Positions 25,328 to 37,990 of a stretch of DNA of 64,000 bases are shown here, one piece after another. The notes below the pieces were generated by a model, which was given only the letters and a program-made list of their open reading frames with translations, was not told the origin of the DNA and made no database searches. A program made the translations under genes and the position numbers. Positions within the stretch are counted from its first letter, which is position 1. Every line of letters starts with the position of its first letter. The DNA is from Phallusia mammillata (taxonomy: Eukaryota). The stretch lies in NCBI GenBank assembly GCA_965637545.1, contig OZ281500.1, positions 2,170,001-2,234,000 on the forward strand, in the 5' to 3' direction.

Positions 25328-25836
25328 AAGATGAACATAAATTCATAACTGGGATCAGCCCTGAAGCGTCTATGCAGACCAGCGATCACGGCACACTCAT
25401 ATGTAAATCACAGTACGCCAGGCCCATTGAAGGCGCTATACCGAATCAGCCGGTCACCAAGCATTCACCACCACAAGGCAAGGCGCAGGCTAGAAAAATC
25501 TAGCCTGTGGTGGGATTCGAACCCACGACAGGAGTCTTTCCGGGACTCGCGCTCTACCAACTGAGCTACACAGGCTCAGTGGAGAATCCGCCGAAAGTCG
25601 AATCACAAGCACCGTTGCCTGCCTCGTATGCTGCACATGTCAGCTTCGTAGTAGGGGATCGCCAGATTGACCAGTATCAGTTAAGATGAACATAAATTCA
25701 TAACTGGGATCAGCCCTGAAGCGTCTATGCAGACCAGCGATCACGGCACACTCATATGTAAATCACAGTACGCCAGGTGGTGAATGCTTGGTGACCGGCT
25801 GATTCGGTATAGCGCCTTCAATGGGCCTGGCGTACT
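25328..25836 (-). mobile_element. tRNA-headed retroposon (SINE-like) with internal direct duplication and terminal inversion
   Basis: Flanked by ACTGGCCTCACAAA at 25316-25329 and 25834-25847. Segment AAGATGAACATAAA...GTACGCCAGG occurs twice about 351 bp apart, and 25776-25835 is the reverse complement of about 25412-25471. Confidence 0.75.
25502..25575 (-). ncRNA. tRNA-like module with a fully paired cloverleaf (not a canonical tRNA)
   Basis: GCCTGTG-TA-GCTC AGTTGGTA GAGC-GC-GAGTC CCGGAAA GACTC-CTGTC-GTGGG TTCGAAT CCCAC-CACAGGC-T. A and B boxes intact, all four stems pair, T5 follows 3 nt downstream; C33 and a GGA anticodon with a short variable arm are non-canonical. Confidence 0.7.
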
Positions 25837-26629
25837 GGCCTCACAAATTTATACTTAGTCAAGCGTGAATTCACTCTTACGCTCATGGAACTTTGTGTAC
25901 CAAGTTCAGTTTAAATTAAAGTTAAACTTTTTTACACGTCTAAATTCATACAACCATTTACACACTACCATCGAATTTTCCTAAATGAGTTACGATATAA
26001 CACACAAGGCAAAAATGACAAATTACCTGATTACATACATAATATAAAACCAATCCTTAATATTAACCACAAATCTAAGATTATACAAATACAAGGCTTC
26101 AACAAAGGCTTAGCAAACTGTTAGTCTATGCCAGGGACCGCGGTCCACATCCGGACCTTTGGGGCGTAGGATGTGGACCTCGACGGTGTTTGGTGTTTTT
26201 ATTTCGGCCACCTGCGCAATATGGTGTGTTAATTTCTTGATCGTTGCTATGCAGCGACAGTTAACTCGAGTTCGCATAGCGATTGTCAGAGTTTCCGAGG
26301 AGCCTAAAGTACAACTTTGTGACGACAAAACGTCTGTTATTCCACTACACTATTAACAAAACGGCGATTGTTTGCACACGATTGTATCTATGACGTAATA
26401 AACTGTATTTTGTATGTCGTTGTTGCGCCTTATGCTGCCCTAATAAATCTAATGTATTGTCTTACAAACATCAGCTAGTAATTGAGTGTTATTTCTTTCA
26501 CACGATAGTCATATAGATTGCCTATCTTGAAGTAAAGTACCACGCCACTGCATTTTATACAGTTAAAAATATGTTTAGCAAAAAGACTAGTTAAAGAATT
26601 GAGTATACGCATAGAGACATGAACTACAG

Positions 26630-27233
26630 CAGTGGTTCTCAAACTTTTTTTTGTTGCGACGCCTCTGGAAAAGTTTTCTGGACTTACGACGCACCAGCAA
26701 ATAAAAGGTAATGAGGAAACTTATCAATAAACAGTAAAGAACAATTTTAGCCTAACTGTTTTTCGACAAAGTCATAACACTGCCCTCAACACTTTTTAGT
26801 GCTCTTGTCTGCTACAAGGCCTCAACAGCATCAATAACGAATTAAAATGAAAGTAAGGTTTTAGCCTTTGCTAGAAAAGTCGCCTTTGTTGCATTGTTTT
26901 GAAGACTCAGTTCACATAATCAAGTTTAATGCCAGCCAAGCGCCGCCCTAGACACGCGCCTATCACGCACATGCTGCTTGTACTGTTTGGTCTCGACGTA
27001 CATTAACGCCTTAACGGACAGCCGCGTTTTTGATCAAAAACTTTTGAGGTAAATTTACGTCAATCCGCACTCTACGCAAAAATTATTTGGACGTAGATAT
27101 ACGTTAACCGCACTGAAACCCCATTTTTATGAGATAAACTGAGTTCAGTCACGAAACGGAAATATTCTGCGACGCCCTTGGAAAATTGAAACGACGCACC
27201 AGGGCGTCGCGACGCACAGTTTGAGAACCACTG
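26630..27233. mobile_element. hAT-type MITE
   Basis: TIRs CAGTGGTTCTCAAACT / AGTTTGAGAACCACTG (same as 85-661); perfect TSD AACTACAG at 26622-26629 and 27234-27241. Confidence 0.9.
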
Positions 27234-27345
27234 AACTACAGCGATCTACAACGCAAACACCCAGTGGAGTGTATTAGTCCAAACTCTTACACTGTGTATA
27301 TACTGAAGACGAGTCAGCAATTTTTGAGAAAAAAACAGAGAGACA

Positions 27346-28332
27346 GTTACACACGACTTGGCACCGATAATGGCGTTGAACGCAGTTGTAGCAAAACATA
27401 AAATATTGCGCGCAAACCAAATACGGGCTTGACGACCTGCGTGGCGCTAAGCATAAAGTTTTCCATTACGAAATTGCGTGTTAAAGACGTACTTTTTACC
27501 AAACTAATTGAGTAGCCCTGATTTAGGCTACGGGATTTGTAACTATAGTGATGTACCGAATCGGCGAAATTTCGATTCGGCCGAAACCGAATATTCGGCG
27601 GTTTTACCGAATTATTTCGGCCGAATCAACCGAATTATTTGTGACGTCACGCGAAGTAGTACCCTACGCGTTTGACATGAAAACATAAGTTCATCTACTT
27701 GACAATTAGTGCAGAATAGTTGTGTTTCGTTCCTATTTTAGTTGTGTGGGGTTTAACATTGTCTCAAGCATGATTGCCAACCCTACAATGTATTACTGAT
27801 TTTTTTCAGTGGGAAAATTGATTATGTTTTAAAAAATATAATGATTGACGCGATTTTCGTTGGTACTAAGCAGAAAAGACAAGTTTAACGCTTTAAATGT
27901 GTGTTCGTAAAAGATTCGGTTTCGGCCGAATCACAACAAAACATTCGGCCGAAACCAAATCTTTTCAAAAGTGGCCGATTCGGCCGAATAAATTGGCAAA
28001 CCGAATATTCGGTACATCTCTAATTGTAACTGCTGCAGTTCACAAATCGACAAAATTTGAAAAAAGAGAGAGAAATGCGTTTACTTGAAAGCCCGTATTT
28101 GGTTTGCAAGCAATGCTTTATGCTTCGCTAAACTGCAAGTTCAGCTCGATAAAGACAAAGGCATTAACTCGAAAGAAGAAGGGGCCGGTTACACTCGACT
28201 TGGCACCGATAATGGCGTTGAACGCAGTTGTAGCAAAGCATAAAAATTGCGCGCAAACCAAATACGGGCTTGTCGACCTGCGTGGCGCTAAGCATAAAGT
28301 TTTTTCATTACGAAATTGCGTGTTAAAGACGT
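27346..28332. repeat. 145-bp direct repeat pair (27346-27490 and 28188-28332)
   Basis: GTTACAC(A/T)CGACTTGGCACCGATAATGGCG...GTGTTAAAGACGT repeats at offset 842; part of it also occurs inverted near 28090-28125. Confidence 0.8.
27546..28022. mobile_element. MITE with TTCGGCCGAA subterminal repeats (hAT-type)
   Basis: TIRs TAGTGATGTACCGAAT / ATTCGGTACATCTCTA; flanks TTTGTAAC(TA) and ATTGTAAC. Confidence 0.75.
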
Positions 28333-30720
28333 TGACATAAAAAACAAGAGACCAGTCACCTATAGATATACTGATTATACAAATGCGCTTTATGCATAAC
28401 CTTATGTAAAAGGGGTGAGGGTTCCGAGTGTCTTGTTACATAATTCAAATGTTCCTTTATATATACCGTGTTATGCCAAAGACGGCTTAACAGTCTTTGT
28501 GTCAATACTCTCGCGAGAAGTAAATTTATGTTTAGTGCCCAATTCAAGACCGCCAACACATATATTTCCATATACATTTTAGCGGCCATAATCTGCTTGG
28601 AGAACGCATACGGCGGCAAGTGGTGGAGCCCTGCGTGCTTGGATAACATCACGGCAAAACTTTGTATCCGATACCAGTACCAAAAGTTTGTAATCCGATA
28701 CCAGTACCCAAGATGTTAAAACTTAAAAACCGAATCGTTGTTAAAATTGTTGATTCGGCAAATCGGTTTTTCGGCTCGCCTCATATGTTCTCAGATATGA
28801 ACAGCAAACGTCCAAACCTGACGCAGAGATTGCGTTACAATGGCAACCGAGTCAAAAGTACGTATGAAGTGACTGTTCGCAAAATTAGTGGCAGAACAAG
28901 CTTACTAAAGCATGTTTTACTCGTTTACAAATGTATCGGTATTTGTTCCGATGCCACCTAAGTATGGTTGAGTACCGATACTACACATAGCGTCAGTTAT
29001 CGGCGCCGATACAATATTATCGGGCCAACCCTAACTACAACAACGTATGTTGATTTGTGTTATACGAGCATCATATGAAGACCAGACAATATGACCTCAG
29101 CTTTTTTGTTGTGGTTTTAGCGTTGACCTATTTCTGAGAGTGTAGTCTTTTTATTAAACTACAAATTACTGGATAAAAGCTGGGTAAAAAACAAGCGTGT
29201 TAATTAAAAGTGAATACGATTAGGGTGAACCTTTTTTCCCTGATACGATAACGCTATTCTGGTTACTTGGCAGATCATTGCCTAATCTCTGTTTTTATTT
29301 GCGAGTTGTGCCACTGCATCAGTGCTTTAGTAATGTTCTAAAAAATTAGTTAAAAAAGTATAAACCACCTATAATTGTGGCTGCAAGTTATGGTCGCGTG
29401 GCGCGAACCTGCAACCGTATTTTTGCACCCCTGCCTTATACCAATCACGGTGCTTAACCCATCCGCTGTCAGAACTCCCGTTTTGCCGCTTTTGGCGCAA
29501 AATCCCCACGCTTTTTAGTACAATTATAGATATTCGAAGTACATTAGTACATATTTTCAATTCCACGCGCGCCAAATTCGAGTTACCTGCAAGGCAAGAA
29601 AAGACGTTCTGTGCGTCACGTATAATTGTGCCTCTGGAAAAACGTCGAGTGTGGATTTCTGGCAACTGTTCCAGACACAAAACGATGAATAACGGACACC
29701 AGTTTTATGTGCAAGAATGTAGAGAAAAGAAGGATTGGAAAGTGTTTGGCATCAAAACTTTGGCAGCTTTTGTTTTGGTTATTTATGTGTGATGTTTGTC
29801 GTGGATTTACGCCACTACTCGGAAAATGTGTTTGTAATGTTTAATGCAGTAAATATACATAACAAGACTGAACCAATGTGGTTGTAAACACAACTCAACA
29901 TATTACAACAGTTTTTGTTTGTTTGTATACAGGTGCCAGCTTTATGTTAAAACTGCAATAGTATGGACTGGCTGCTGTATGTAACTTGTCCATAGAACTC
30001 GAAAACGACATTGATTACTTCATTTCCATACTTTTTGCCTGACATTTGGAGAATAAGACTTAGTCGTCTCACAATTGTGCAGTTCAGGACTGGATTGTCG
30101 TTTACCGCTTGCAACCGCCTTGCCAGTTATGACATAAAGAAATACCAGGTAAAGTGAAACCTTTTTTGACTGCACAACTAATATGTATGCTTTTTTACAG
30201 AGGGAGTATTAAAACACGTTTTTGAATTCAATTGATTTTTGGCGATGACTGTGTGAAAAACACTTTGGATAAACAAAAAACGGAAACCAATCCACACAAT
30301 GGAACATGGCTTGTATTGCAAAGGTATGATTTGCTTTTTTATCACACTAAAATCAAAAGATATGAGCTGTTGCTCAGGTTCGTTTGCAAACGACAGTAAT
30401 TGAACATGCTGCAATGATCATACACTGCAGTACAAACAGTATCAACGTAGAAAGTTTAATAGCAATGTCAGAATTTCTTTGGTTTTTGCGTATTAATTCT
30501 TTGAATCATTCTTTTAGTTCCAGCACCAACTTAAAAACACGATTGAATACAGGAAGACCAACACAAAGGCAAATAAAATCGCACATATAGACAGCTTGTT
30601 TAGCATTAGTTACAAGTTTGTTTTTATTACTTTAACTAGAACCAGAGCATATATAATTGCCTAAGGTGAGTTGTTGTATTCATGGAAAATGTAGTTGTCC
30701 GCGTTTTTTCATTAATGTTG

Positions 30721-30829
30721 CTAAGAAAAGTGCTTCAGCATTGCCTCTTTAGTAAACTTCAGCATATGCCGTTTTTCTGTCTTCGTCAAATCAATTGCGT
30801 CATATTTCTTGTAAAACTTCATAGCAGGG
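30721..30829 (-). pseudogene. SAT copy-4 duplicate with an internal deletion of about 390 nt
   Basis: 30721-30829 matches 34106-34214 (last ~36 codons) and then jumps to the sequence just upstream of the copy-4 ATG. Flanks 30380-31130 match 33770-34893. Confidence 0.85.
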
Positions 30830-32234
30830 ACGAAGAAAAATCCTCTGCGGATGTGAAAAATATATGATTGTAATTATGAAAGATGTTACATCATAGTGCT
30901 TTAAAAATTTAGATCGCCCAATCGTACTATTAGGCTTAAAATATCAGGGGGTACTTTTGCAACCCCCCTCCCCCTCTTATAATCCTGCACTGCCTGTGTT
31001 ACCACGTGCACACGGCCCCGATCTGAAGGTACGAGGTTTGTAAATTACGGCAAACCGAAAAGTTCAAGCTTTATTTGGCCGCTTTGGTTTCAAAAGCACA
31101 AACAAGTATTGCTGGATTAACCATCAGAAAAATTAAACTCGTGTTTAGGACGCACACTTTCTTCCGGCGCTTGAAACTATCCGACAGGGTTTCTTTCGAT
31201 GGTTTCTTTTCCTGTCCAACCCCACCCTCATTCTCTACCACGGGTGGTTAATTTATAGGGCCCGCTTGACTCGTCCCACTAACATTCTCCATCAGTCGTG
31301 TTTGTAGCGGTCACGTGCTTTCAAACCATCATTTTGGCACTTTTGGTTTGGCTAAGCATTAAGTAATGGAAAGTTTTAACTATGCAAGCATGACTTTTTT
31401 GTTCGTATGGAAATTAGATGTTGTTTTGCTACATATTGTGTTGAGTTGTGTAACTTTTACTGTTCCAGATATGTTCCAAAAGCCTGGCCATACAGTAGGC
31501 TGTTGCGCAAACCGGTTAACCGGATGTTTCGAAATAGTTGTGCAATTCATTGCAGTGCTGCATACCTTGGCAAGCGTTTAACTTAAAACAAACTAATAAC
31601 TGATGTGAGTAAAAGAAGGTACTGTTTTGCAATGATCGCAAGAAAAACGAGTATCAGTTTAAAAGCCAATGTTTTATCGTTGATCTTTCTCTTTTTCCAT
31701 CGTATCCTTTCCTCGAGATAAGTGAGACTTGATGTGTGTTGCGTAACCAGAATAAAAGACAAGGACTAAATAGATCTTTGGTGGATCATGTCAACTCTAT
31801 GCAGCAAACGTTAAGAGTCGTAATAATAAACTTACTCGCTACTGCAGACGACCGATACGAACCACGAGAAGCAGAAGAAACAATAAGCTTCCGAGTAAAG
31901 AATAACACAGTCCAAGAAGCTCAGCTGACGCAGGAGAACATTTCTAAACCAATAGTCAGCCCAGCACACACGAGTCCCCGCATGTTTGACCACAAACAAC
32001 ACCAACCTATTTTTCTTGTGAGTCCAATCACATAACGCATTATCCGGTGTAGCACAGCGTGTTCAACCATTGTCTACCAATTGTGCCGGTCACTGTTTGC
32101 ACCTCAAATTGACTTTGCGCAACATTTTCGGCTTGGTGATTGTTTTAGTGCAATTGTGTCGCTATGTTCGCCAAGCAAAATAAGCACGTCTCTCACCACA
32201 GAAATACTTTTCTGATCATAAATGAAAATTATTA

Positions 32235-32460
32235 ATTGGCAAACGGTACATTTCTGCAGATATTTCAGCCTGTTGCGTCCCTTTGGCCAATCAGGAAGTT
32301 GGGCGAATTGTAGTTTCGCCTTTTTCACTGCAAAGAAATGCTGGTCTACTTTCTGATATGCCAATGAACGGTTGCTGTTAAGAACATGGTTGGCAGGTTT
32401 CATGAAATCCCTTCAGAATATTGTATGAGTGCTTCCACATTAATTCCTTCCTTCATTAGG
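32235..32460 (-). pseudogene. Second degraded partial duplicate of the TPR gene
   Basis: Homologous to about 17485-17720 (NRSLAYQKVDQHFFAVK, LPDWPKG) with deletions and frameshifts. Confidence 0.8.
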
Positions 32461-32758
32461 ACGCTGCGTTTGTAAATTGCACAGAAGTTATTGCATGTGT
32501 TTTTGCATTTCCAGAAATGGTGCACAGAAATTATTGCTTTTCAGAATGGTTTTAGTTGAATCAGAATGCAGTTACAAGTTTCAAACTCACAACAATGAAT
32601 GTTATTTGACATATTTTGACAGAAGCACACTCTCTTTAACCACAAACTAAAAATTGTTTTCATACAATATTTGTAATTGTAAATATGTTTTACGTTTTTC
32701 AAGCAAATGACTGCCTTTCATATTCAGGGACCTTACCAGAGTAGCATTATATAGTTTA

Positions 32759-33250
32759 TTAAAGGTTACTTTTCATAACATCTAAATTAAATCTAAGCAC
32801 ATGCCAGTCTTCCAGTTCAGTCAGGTCAACAGCACCATTCCTCTTGTAAAAACTCATAGCAGGGTTTGTCTTCAAGGTAACAAAACGCATTTGGCAACAA
32901 CCGGTTTCCAAGGCAACCTTGTTGACGGCTTTCAATAAGTCAAAACCGACTTTCTGATTTCTGTATGCCTCTTTTACACAGATATCTTCAAGGTACATGA
33001 TTCGGCCGTTCCATGTTGAATACTGATAGACGTACACAGCGTAGCCGAGTAACGTCCCATCGTCTTTTTCTGCAACAAACGCGTAATAATACGGCGGATC
33101 TTTTTCAAATCCATCTCTTTCAAGAACTTGCACAGTCATGTTGTTTTGGTCCGCCATGTTTTCGGTTTCGGCCAGCTCCATTGTCATATTCTGTATTTCC
33201 GGGCAATCGCATTTTTTAGCTTTGCGCACGGTGTATTTTAGTTCAGCCAT
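32759..33250 (-). CDS. SAT2: SAT2-like N-acetyltransferase, copy 3, 163 aa
   Basis: ATG at 33250 (MAELKYTVRKA); intact GNAT motifs as in copies 1 and 2. Confidence 0.88.
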   Translation of the reverse strand: MAELKYTVRKAKKCDCPEIQNMTMELAETENMADQNNMTVQVLERDGFEKDPPYYYAFVAEKDDGTLLGYAVYVYQYSTWNGRIMYLEDICVKEAYRNQKVGFDLLKAVNKVALETGCCQMRFVTLKTNPAMSFYKRNGAVDLTELEDWHVLRFNLDVMKSNL

Positions 33251-33483
33251 TGCTTTGTATGTTATAATTTCCACAGTCTACACGTCTTAAAAAATAATTG
33301 CACTAATCACAGTGCTTATACCATCCTCTGTCGGAACCATAGGCGCCGAGTTTTACAAAAATGCAAGGTGGCGGACGTAAATTATGACGTCACTTTTTGT
33401 GACGTAACTAAAGCGTGCAACCACACGGGCTCCAACTCAAAGCAGAAATTTTTTTTTTAAAGAATGCAACGTTCGTCAAAGTC

Positions 33484-33704
33484 TAGTGGTCGGCAACCGC
33501 CGGTCCGCGCTCCGGTACAGGTCCGCGAGTAGTATGTTACCGGGCTGTATACGTTTTCAGGCCAGATGCTTTGAAACTATTTGCCCATTATAAACTAATT
33601 TATGCGTTTTTATTTCAAAATCTTTGTATTTTTTAAGGCCGGTACGCGATATAATTTCAGTTTCAAAAACGGTCCGCATTGCAAAAAAAGGTTGCCGACC
33701 CCTG
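33484..33704. mobile_element. Short hAT-type MITE with an eroded left end
   Basis: TAGTGGTCGGCAACC / GGTTGCCGACCCCTG; GTCTA occurs at both ends, TSD not clean. Confidence 0.6.
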
Positions 33705-34105
33705 GTCTACGCTACCACATTTACGTTAATATTGCCCCAAAGTCTACTTATATACCAGTTTGTTTGCAAACGACAGTAATTGAACATGCTGCATTGATCA
33801 TAAACTGCAGTACAAACAGTATCAACGTAGAAAGTTTAATAGCAATGACAGCATTTTTTTTGGTTTTTGCGTATTGATTCTTTGAATCATTTTTTTAGTT
33901 CCAGCACCAATTGAAAAATACGATAGAATACAGGAAGAAAAACACAAAGGCATATAAAATCGCATATTGAAACAGCTTTTATTTTAGCATTAGTTACAAG
34001 TTACGAATTTGTTTTTAATAAATTAACAAGCACCAGACCATATATAATTGTCTACAGGTGAGTTGTTGTATTAATGGAAAATGCAGTTTTCTGCGTTTTT
34101 TGTGG

Positions 34106-34600
34106 CTAAGAAAAGTGCTTCAGCATTGCCTCTTTAGTAAACTTCAGCATATGCCGTTTTTCTGTCACCGTCAAATCAATTGCGTCATATTTCTTGTAAA
34201 ACTCCATGGCAGGGTTCGTGTTCATGCATGATAATCTCATCATACTGCAATCATTTTCAAATGCTGCTTTGCTTACCGCCTTCATTAAAGCCATTCCAAC
34301 GCCTTTGCCCTTGAATTGCTCCCTGACACAAATATCTTCTAAATGCAAAATGCGGCCTTCCCATGAATAATAGTGGTAAACGTACAATGCATTACCAATT
34401 ATATCACCATCACTAGTTTCTGCTATTATTGCATGATAATATGGCGGGTTCTTCTCAAAGCCGTCTCTTTCTAATAACTCCAAAGTCATGTGACATTTAT
34501 CAGCAAATCCTTCAACAGCCGCCAGTTCATGGATTAATGACAAAATATTGGAACAATCCTCCTTTTTAGCCTTGCGTACTGAGTAATCAAGTTTATCCAT
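34106..34600 (-). CDS. SAT2: SAT2-like N-acetyltransferase, divergent copy 4, 164 aa
   Basis: ATG at 34600 (MDKLDYSVRKAKKED); motifs LERDGF, YYSWEGRILHLEDICV, KGKGVG, NPAMEFY. Confidence 0.88.
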   Translation of the reverse strand: MDKLDYSVRKAKKEDCSNILSLIHELAAVEGFADKCHMTLELLERDGFEKNPPYYHAIIAETSDGDIIGNALYVYHYYSWEGRILHLEDICVREQFKGKGVGMALMKAVSKAAFENDCSMMRLSCMNTNPAMEFYKKYDAIDLTVTEKRHMLKFTKEAMLKHFS

Positions 34601-37600
34601 AATACACAAAGAAAAATCCTGTGAAAAATGTATGATTGTAATTGTGAAAGACATTACATTATAGTGCTTTAAAAATTTCGGTCGCCCAATCGTACTTTTA
34701 TGCCTAAAACATATGGGGGTACTTTTGCAACCCCCTTCCCCTCTTATAATCCTGCCCTGCCTGTGTTACCACGTGCACACGGCCCCGATCTGAAGTTACG
34801 AGGTTTGTAAATTACGGCAAACCGAAAAAGTGAAGCTTAATTTTGCCGCTTTGATTTCAAACGCACAAACAAGTATTGCTGGATTAACCATCAGGTAATA
34901 ATAATACGTGCCAGGGCGTCAAGAAAAAGAGGTCACCACAGCATTGCAACACAACAACAGTAATATCAGGTTTCTGGCTTTCGTTTCGCTCGCCACCCTG
35001 CTAGTCACTCGCGAGGCACCAGGATAGTTTTAAGTACTTTGGACAGCAGGCTCACAAGACAACAACCAAAACTTCTATTTGACACGGCTGTATAAAAGTA
35101 ATTAAAGCGTTAATTGTCATCTAACTTTGGTCTTAAATGACTTTTCTGGTCCTAAATTAAATAGAAATGGAATAGTTATGTACCTATGTTTTAGAATAAA
35201 ACTCCTGCTATTATAACTACTATGGGATCGGAATCTATATTTTGCTTTCCAAAGTTGTTACACGCATAACATGAGAATTAAATCAATTAAACAATACTAT
35301 CATCTAAATACTTCCTCTCTGATGAAAATTAATAAAAGCAAGAGACAACAACTAGGTTCCACACCAAGTACGTTCAAGCTTACACATGTCTGGCATTTCT
35401 AAAGGCTACTGTACATGTTTGCACAAGTTGCCATGCAGACTGATGTGTTCAATTGCTTGTTGTGCCTGTTACTAATTTAAACTCGCGCCGGATACAATAT
35501 TACGGTTGCTTGAGGTTAACAACTGGCTGATGGCCAAAAGTGTACCAACGGCCGGCTTATTGTAGCCTTTTTTATTCTGTTTTCCCTTTTCTGATTCCTT
35601 GTACTGCTCAAAGTCGGTTTGTGCCAGGACAAAAAAACATGGTTCTGACCTATTTCAATTAGCGTACCTGAAGTAGTTCGCTGTGACACAAGTGCATCCA
35701 TCGTGCACGAACTTATGTAGTTTCGTCCTCTAGCCTACAATACATAACGTTTTCCTTTTGAGTTTCGACGCAAAAAGGTTGCTCTGTGCAGCCGGTTTAA
35801 ACAACCTTGTTGGTGCATGACTTTTACAAAACTAGGCCAAGCGCAAGCAGTCTCACATTTGATCACATCTTTGATTGGTTTTAGATTTGAATGAATAGAA
35901 AATGCCAAAATCAGTTTGTGATGTCCGTTCGGGGAAGAAAGTATGTTTTGGACCTTGGCCATTTAATTTGAAAATTCTACCAACGTAAGAACTCACATTA
36001 GAAAAAGTTGAAGGCACAAAGAGCATTCGCGAATATTTAAAAGCGAATTGTGTGAAAATGCTAACGGTTAGTGGGATAACGTGTAGGGTGATGTTTTATA
36101 ATAATAAATTAACAAGAATAATTTAAATAACTGTGCTCTTTACGCTATCTATCGGCATTGAGCAAACTTTGTCTGTTGTGAGTTCTTATGTGTATATCTC
36201 TACCTCTCAATTGCAACCATCTCCTTTTAGTTTCGTCCGCTACTGTTTTCTTTCCACCTGCAAAGATTGTAAATCCCTCCTAATCTGGCTGTTGCGTGAC
36301 ATTTAGATATCAAGGCCAAGTTTTGCTATGTTTTTTTTGTTCAGTTAGCCCGGTTTAAGACTTTGATTGGAATCAAATTCTAAATTGGAATCAAACTGAC
36401 TTGTTAGTTTGTTTGTTTTTTCTCGCTCAATAAGCTTAGTCTCATGTTTGTCTTTTGATGATTTAATTAGAGATCCGTTTACCGTTTTAGACAAGATTCG
36501 ACTGTTCGGTTTTAACTGCGCCACGAATGTTTGACTTTCTGCAAAAATGTTGCTGATGTAAAATGTGATATTTGGTGACGCTTAAATTGTTCTGGAAGGT
36601 ACCAGCGAGGCCACGCTTAAAACACGTTGGGCCATAAACATGGTAAACACACTTGTAGTATGATATAGTTTTTGTATTCCTTTGTCCAACCAGCAATGCA
36701 AGTATGATGGCGCAACATTTAATAAACCAGCCGAACTGAAACCCGATGCATGTAGTGGAACATAGTTCGTCATGTTTGCATTAGTTTAATCTGATTTTCC
36801 TTCTGATGCGAAAAAACGTTCCTATACCGGCTGCGGTTCTGCGCCGAATGAGATCTAACTTTAAACATTCACGCATAAATACGCGACCCACTTCGTTATT
36901 GACGTAAGCAGTTGATATTAAATCGAGGTGTCATGCAGGTTTTCTGCTGACAAAGCATGACGAACCACATTTCTACACAACGGCATTGTTTCTTTTTGTT
37001 ATGACGCCACCAACTTTTGACTAACTTACCGCGTATTTCCATCTGCTCGCATCATCAAATGTGGGGCAAAATGCTAAATGGGGTCAAAAAGGTTGCAAAG
37101 GGTCGACACGCAGTTGTTACACCAAACCATAGTGCGTTCGATTTATTACTTTTATCATTGCACGACCACCAGGGTACCAGCTGAACGTCGGGTACGACAA
37201 TCACCCCTAAATGTATTTGAAAATCAGATAAATTGATTTTCTTTGTAAACATTTGCTGAATACTGAGTGTTTTAACCTGGATTGCAATAGCTTGTGAATG
37301 GCTTATGCGCGTATTTAACATGGGGTTCTGCCGGTTTGCTGAAGTTGCACAAATGATGTGACCTATTTCTGTGACAACAAACATACATCTTTCCTGCTTA
37401 TCTTTGTTTCTCGATCTTATGAGAATAAATGCAGAACACGCAAACGGAAGCGCGTATTGTGATGAAAATGAAGTGAATCCGGTTACACAAAAACTGTCAT
37501 TTTACGTCAACATGATAAACGAATTACTGATATAAATGTTGTGTGCTAAGCTATATTGTGTTAGTTCTGTAAAACAGCGCAACTTTCAGAAGTAACAACC

Positions 37601-37990
37601 GAAAAAAATTGGCTAGGTTAAGGGTATTTCTTTTACTGAATGTTTTTCGCCAGAATAATTATTAATCGCCGAAATAGCTGCGTAAAGTTTTAATGTTACA
37701 AACACAAGAATTTTAAGTACAGTAGCCTACAGAAAAGATCGTTGAGGTTGAAAGTGCTGCAGGTTTACATTTTAATTGTGTTGTTGCTTTATTGTTATGG
37801 ACAAGTGTAATATAAGGTTCAATACTTTTCTTTTTGTTAACTAAGATACTTGACCTACGCACGCAATGTTGCTTGGTTTGTCATTAGATCCGAACGATTA
37901 GTCACTAAATTTTGTTGTTGCAGGAATTTATTAAAATTCTTGTGATTTTTTCATTAGACCTTTTATTGGTTTGATACAAAAACTGTTAAA

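Noticed and set aside
25355-25390. Hammerhead ribozyme (CTGAAGC-GTCT atgc AGAC)
   Set aside because: A stem is present but the CUGANGA core is imperfect and the GAAA element is missing.
25502-25575. Bona fide tRNA-Ser(GGA) gene
   Set aside because: Short variable arm, C33, an extra base before the anticodon stem, and location inside a TSD-flanked retroposon.
26140-26185. Helitron 3' hairpin (GGTCCACATCC / GGATGTGGACC)
   Set aside because: The 11-bp stem is real, but no convincing CTRR end or matching 5' TC end could be placed.
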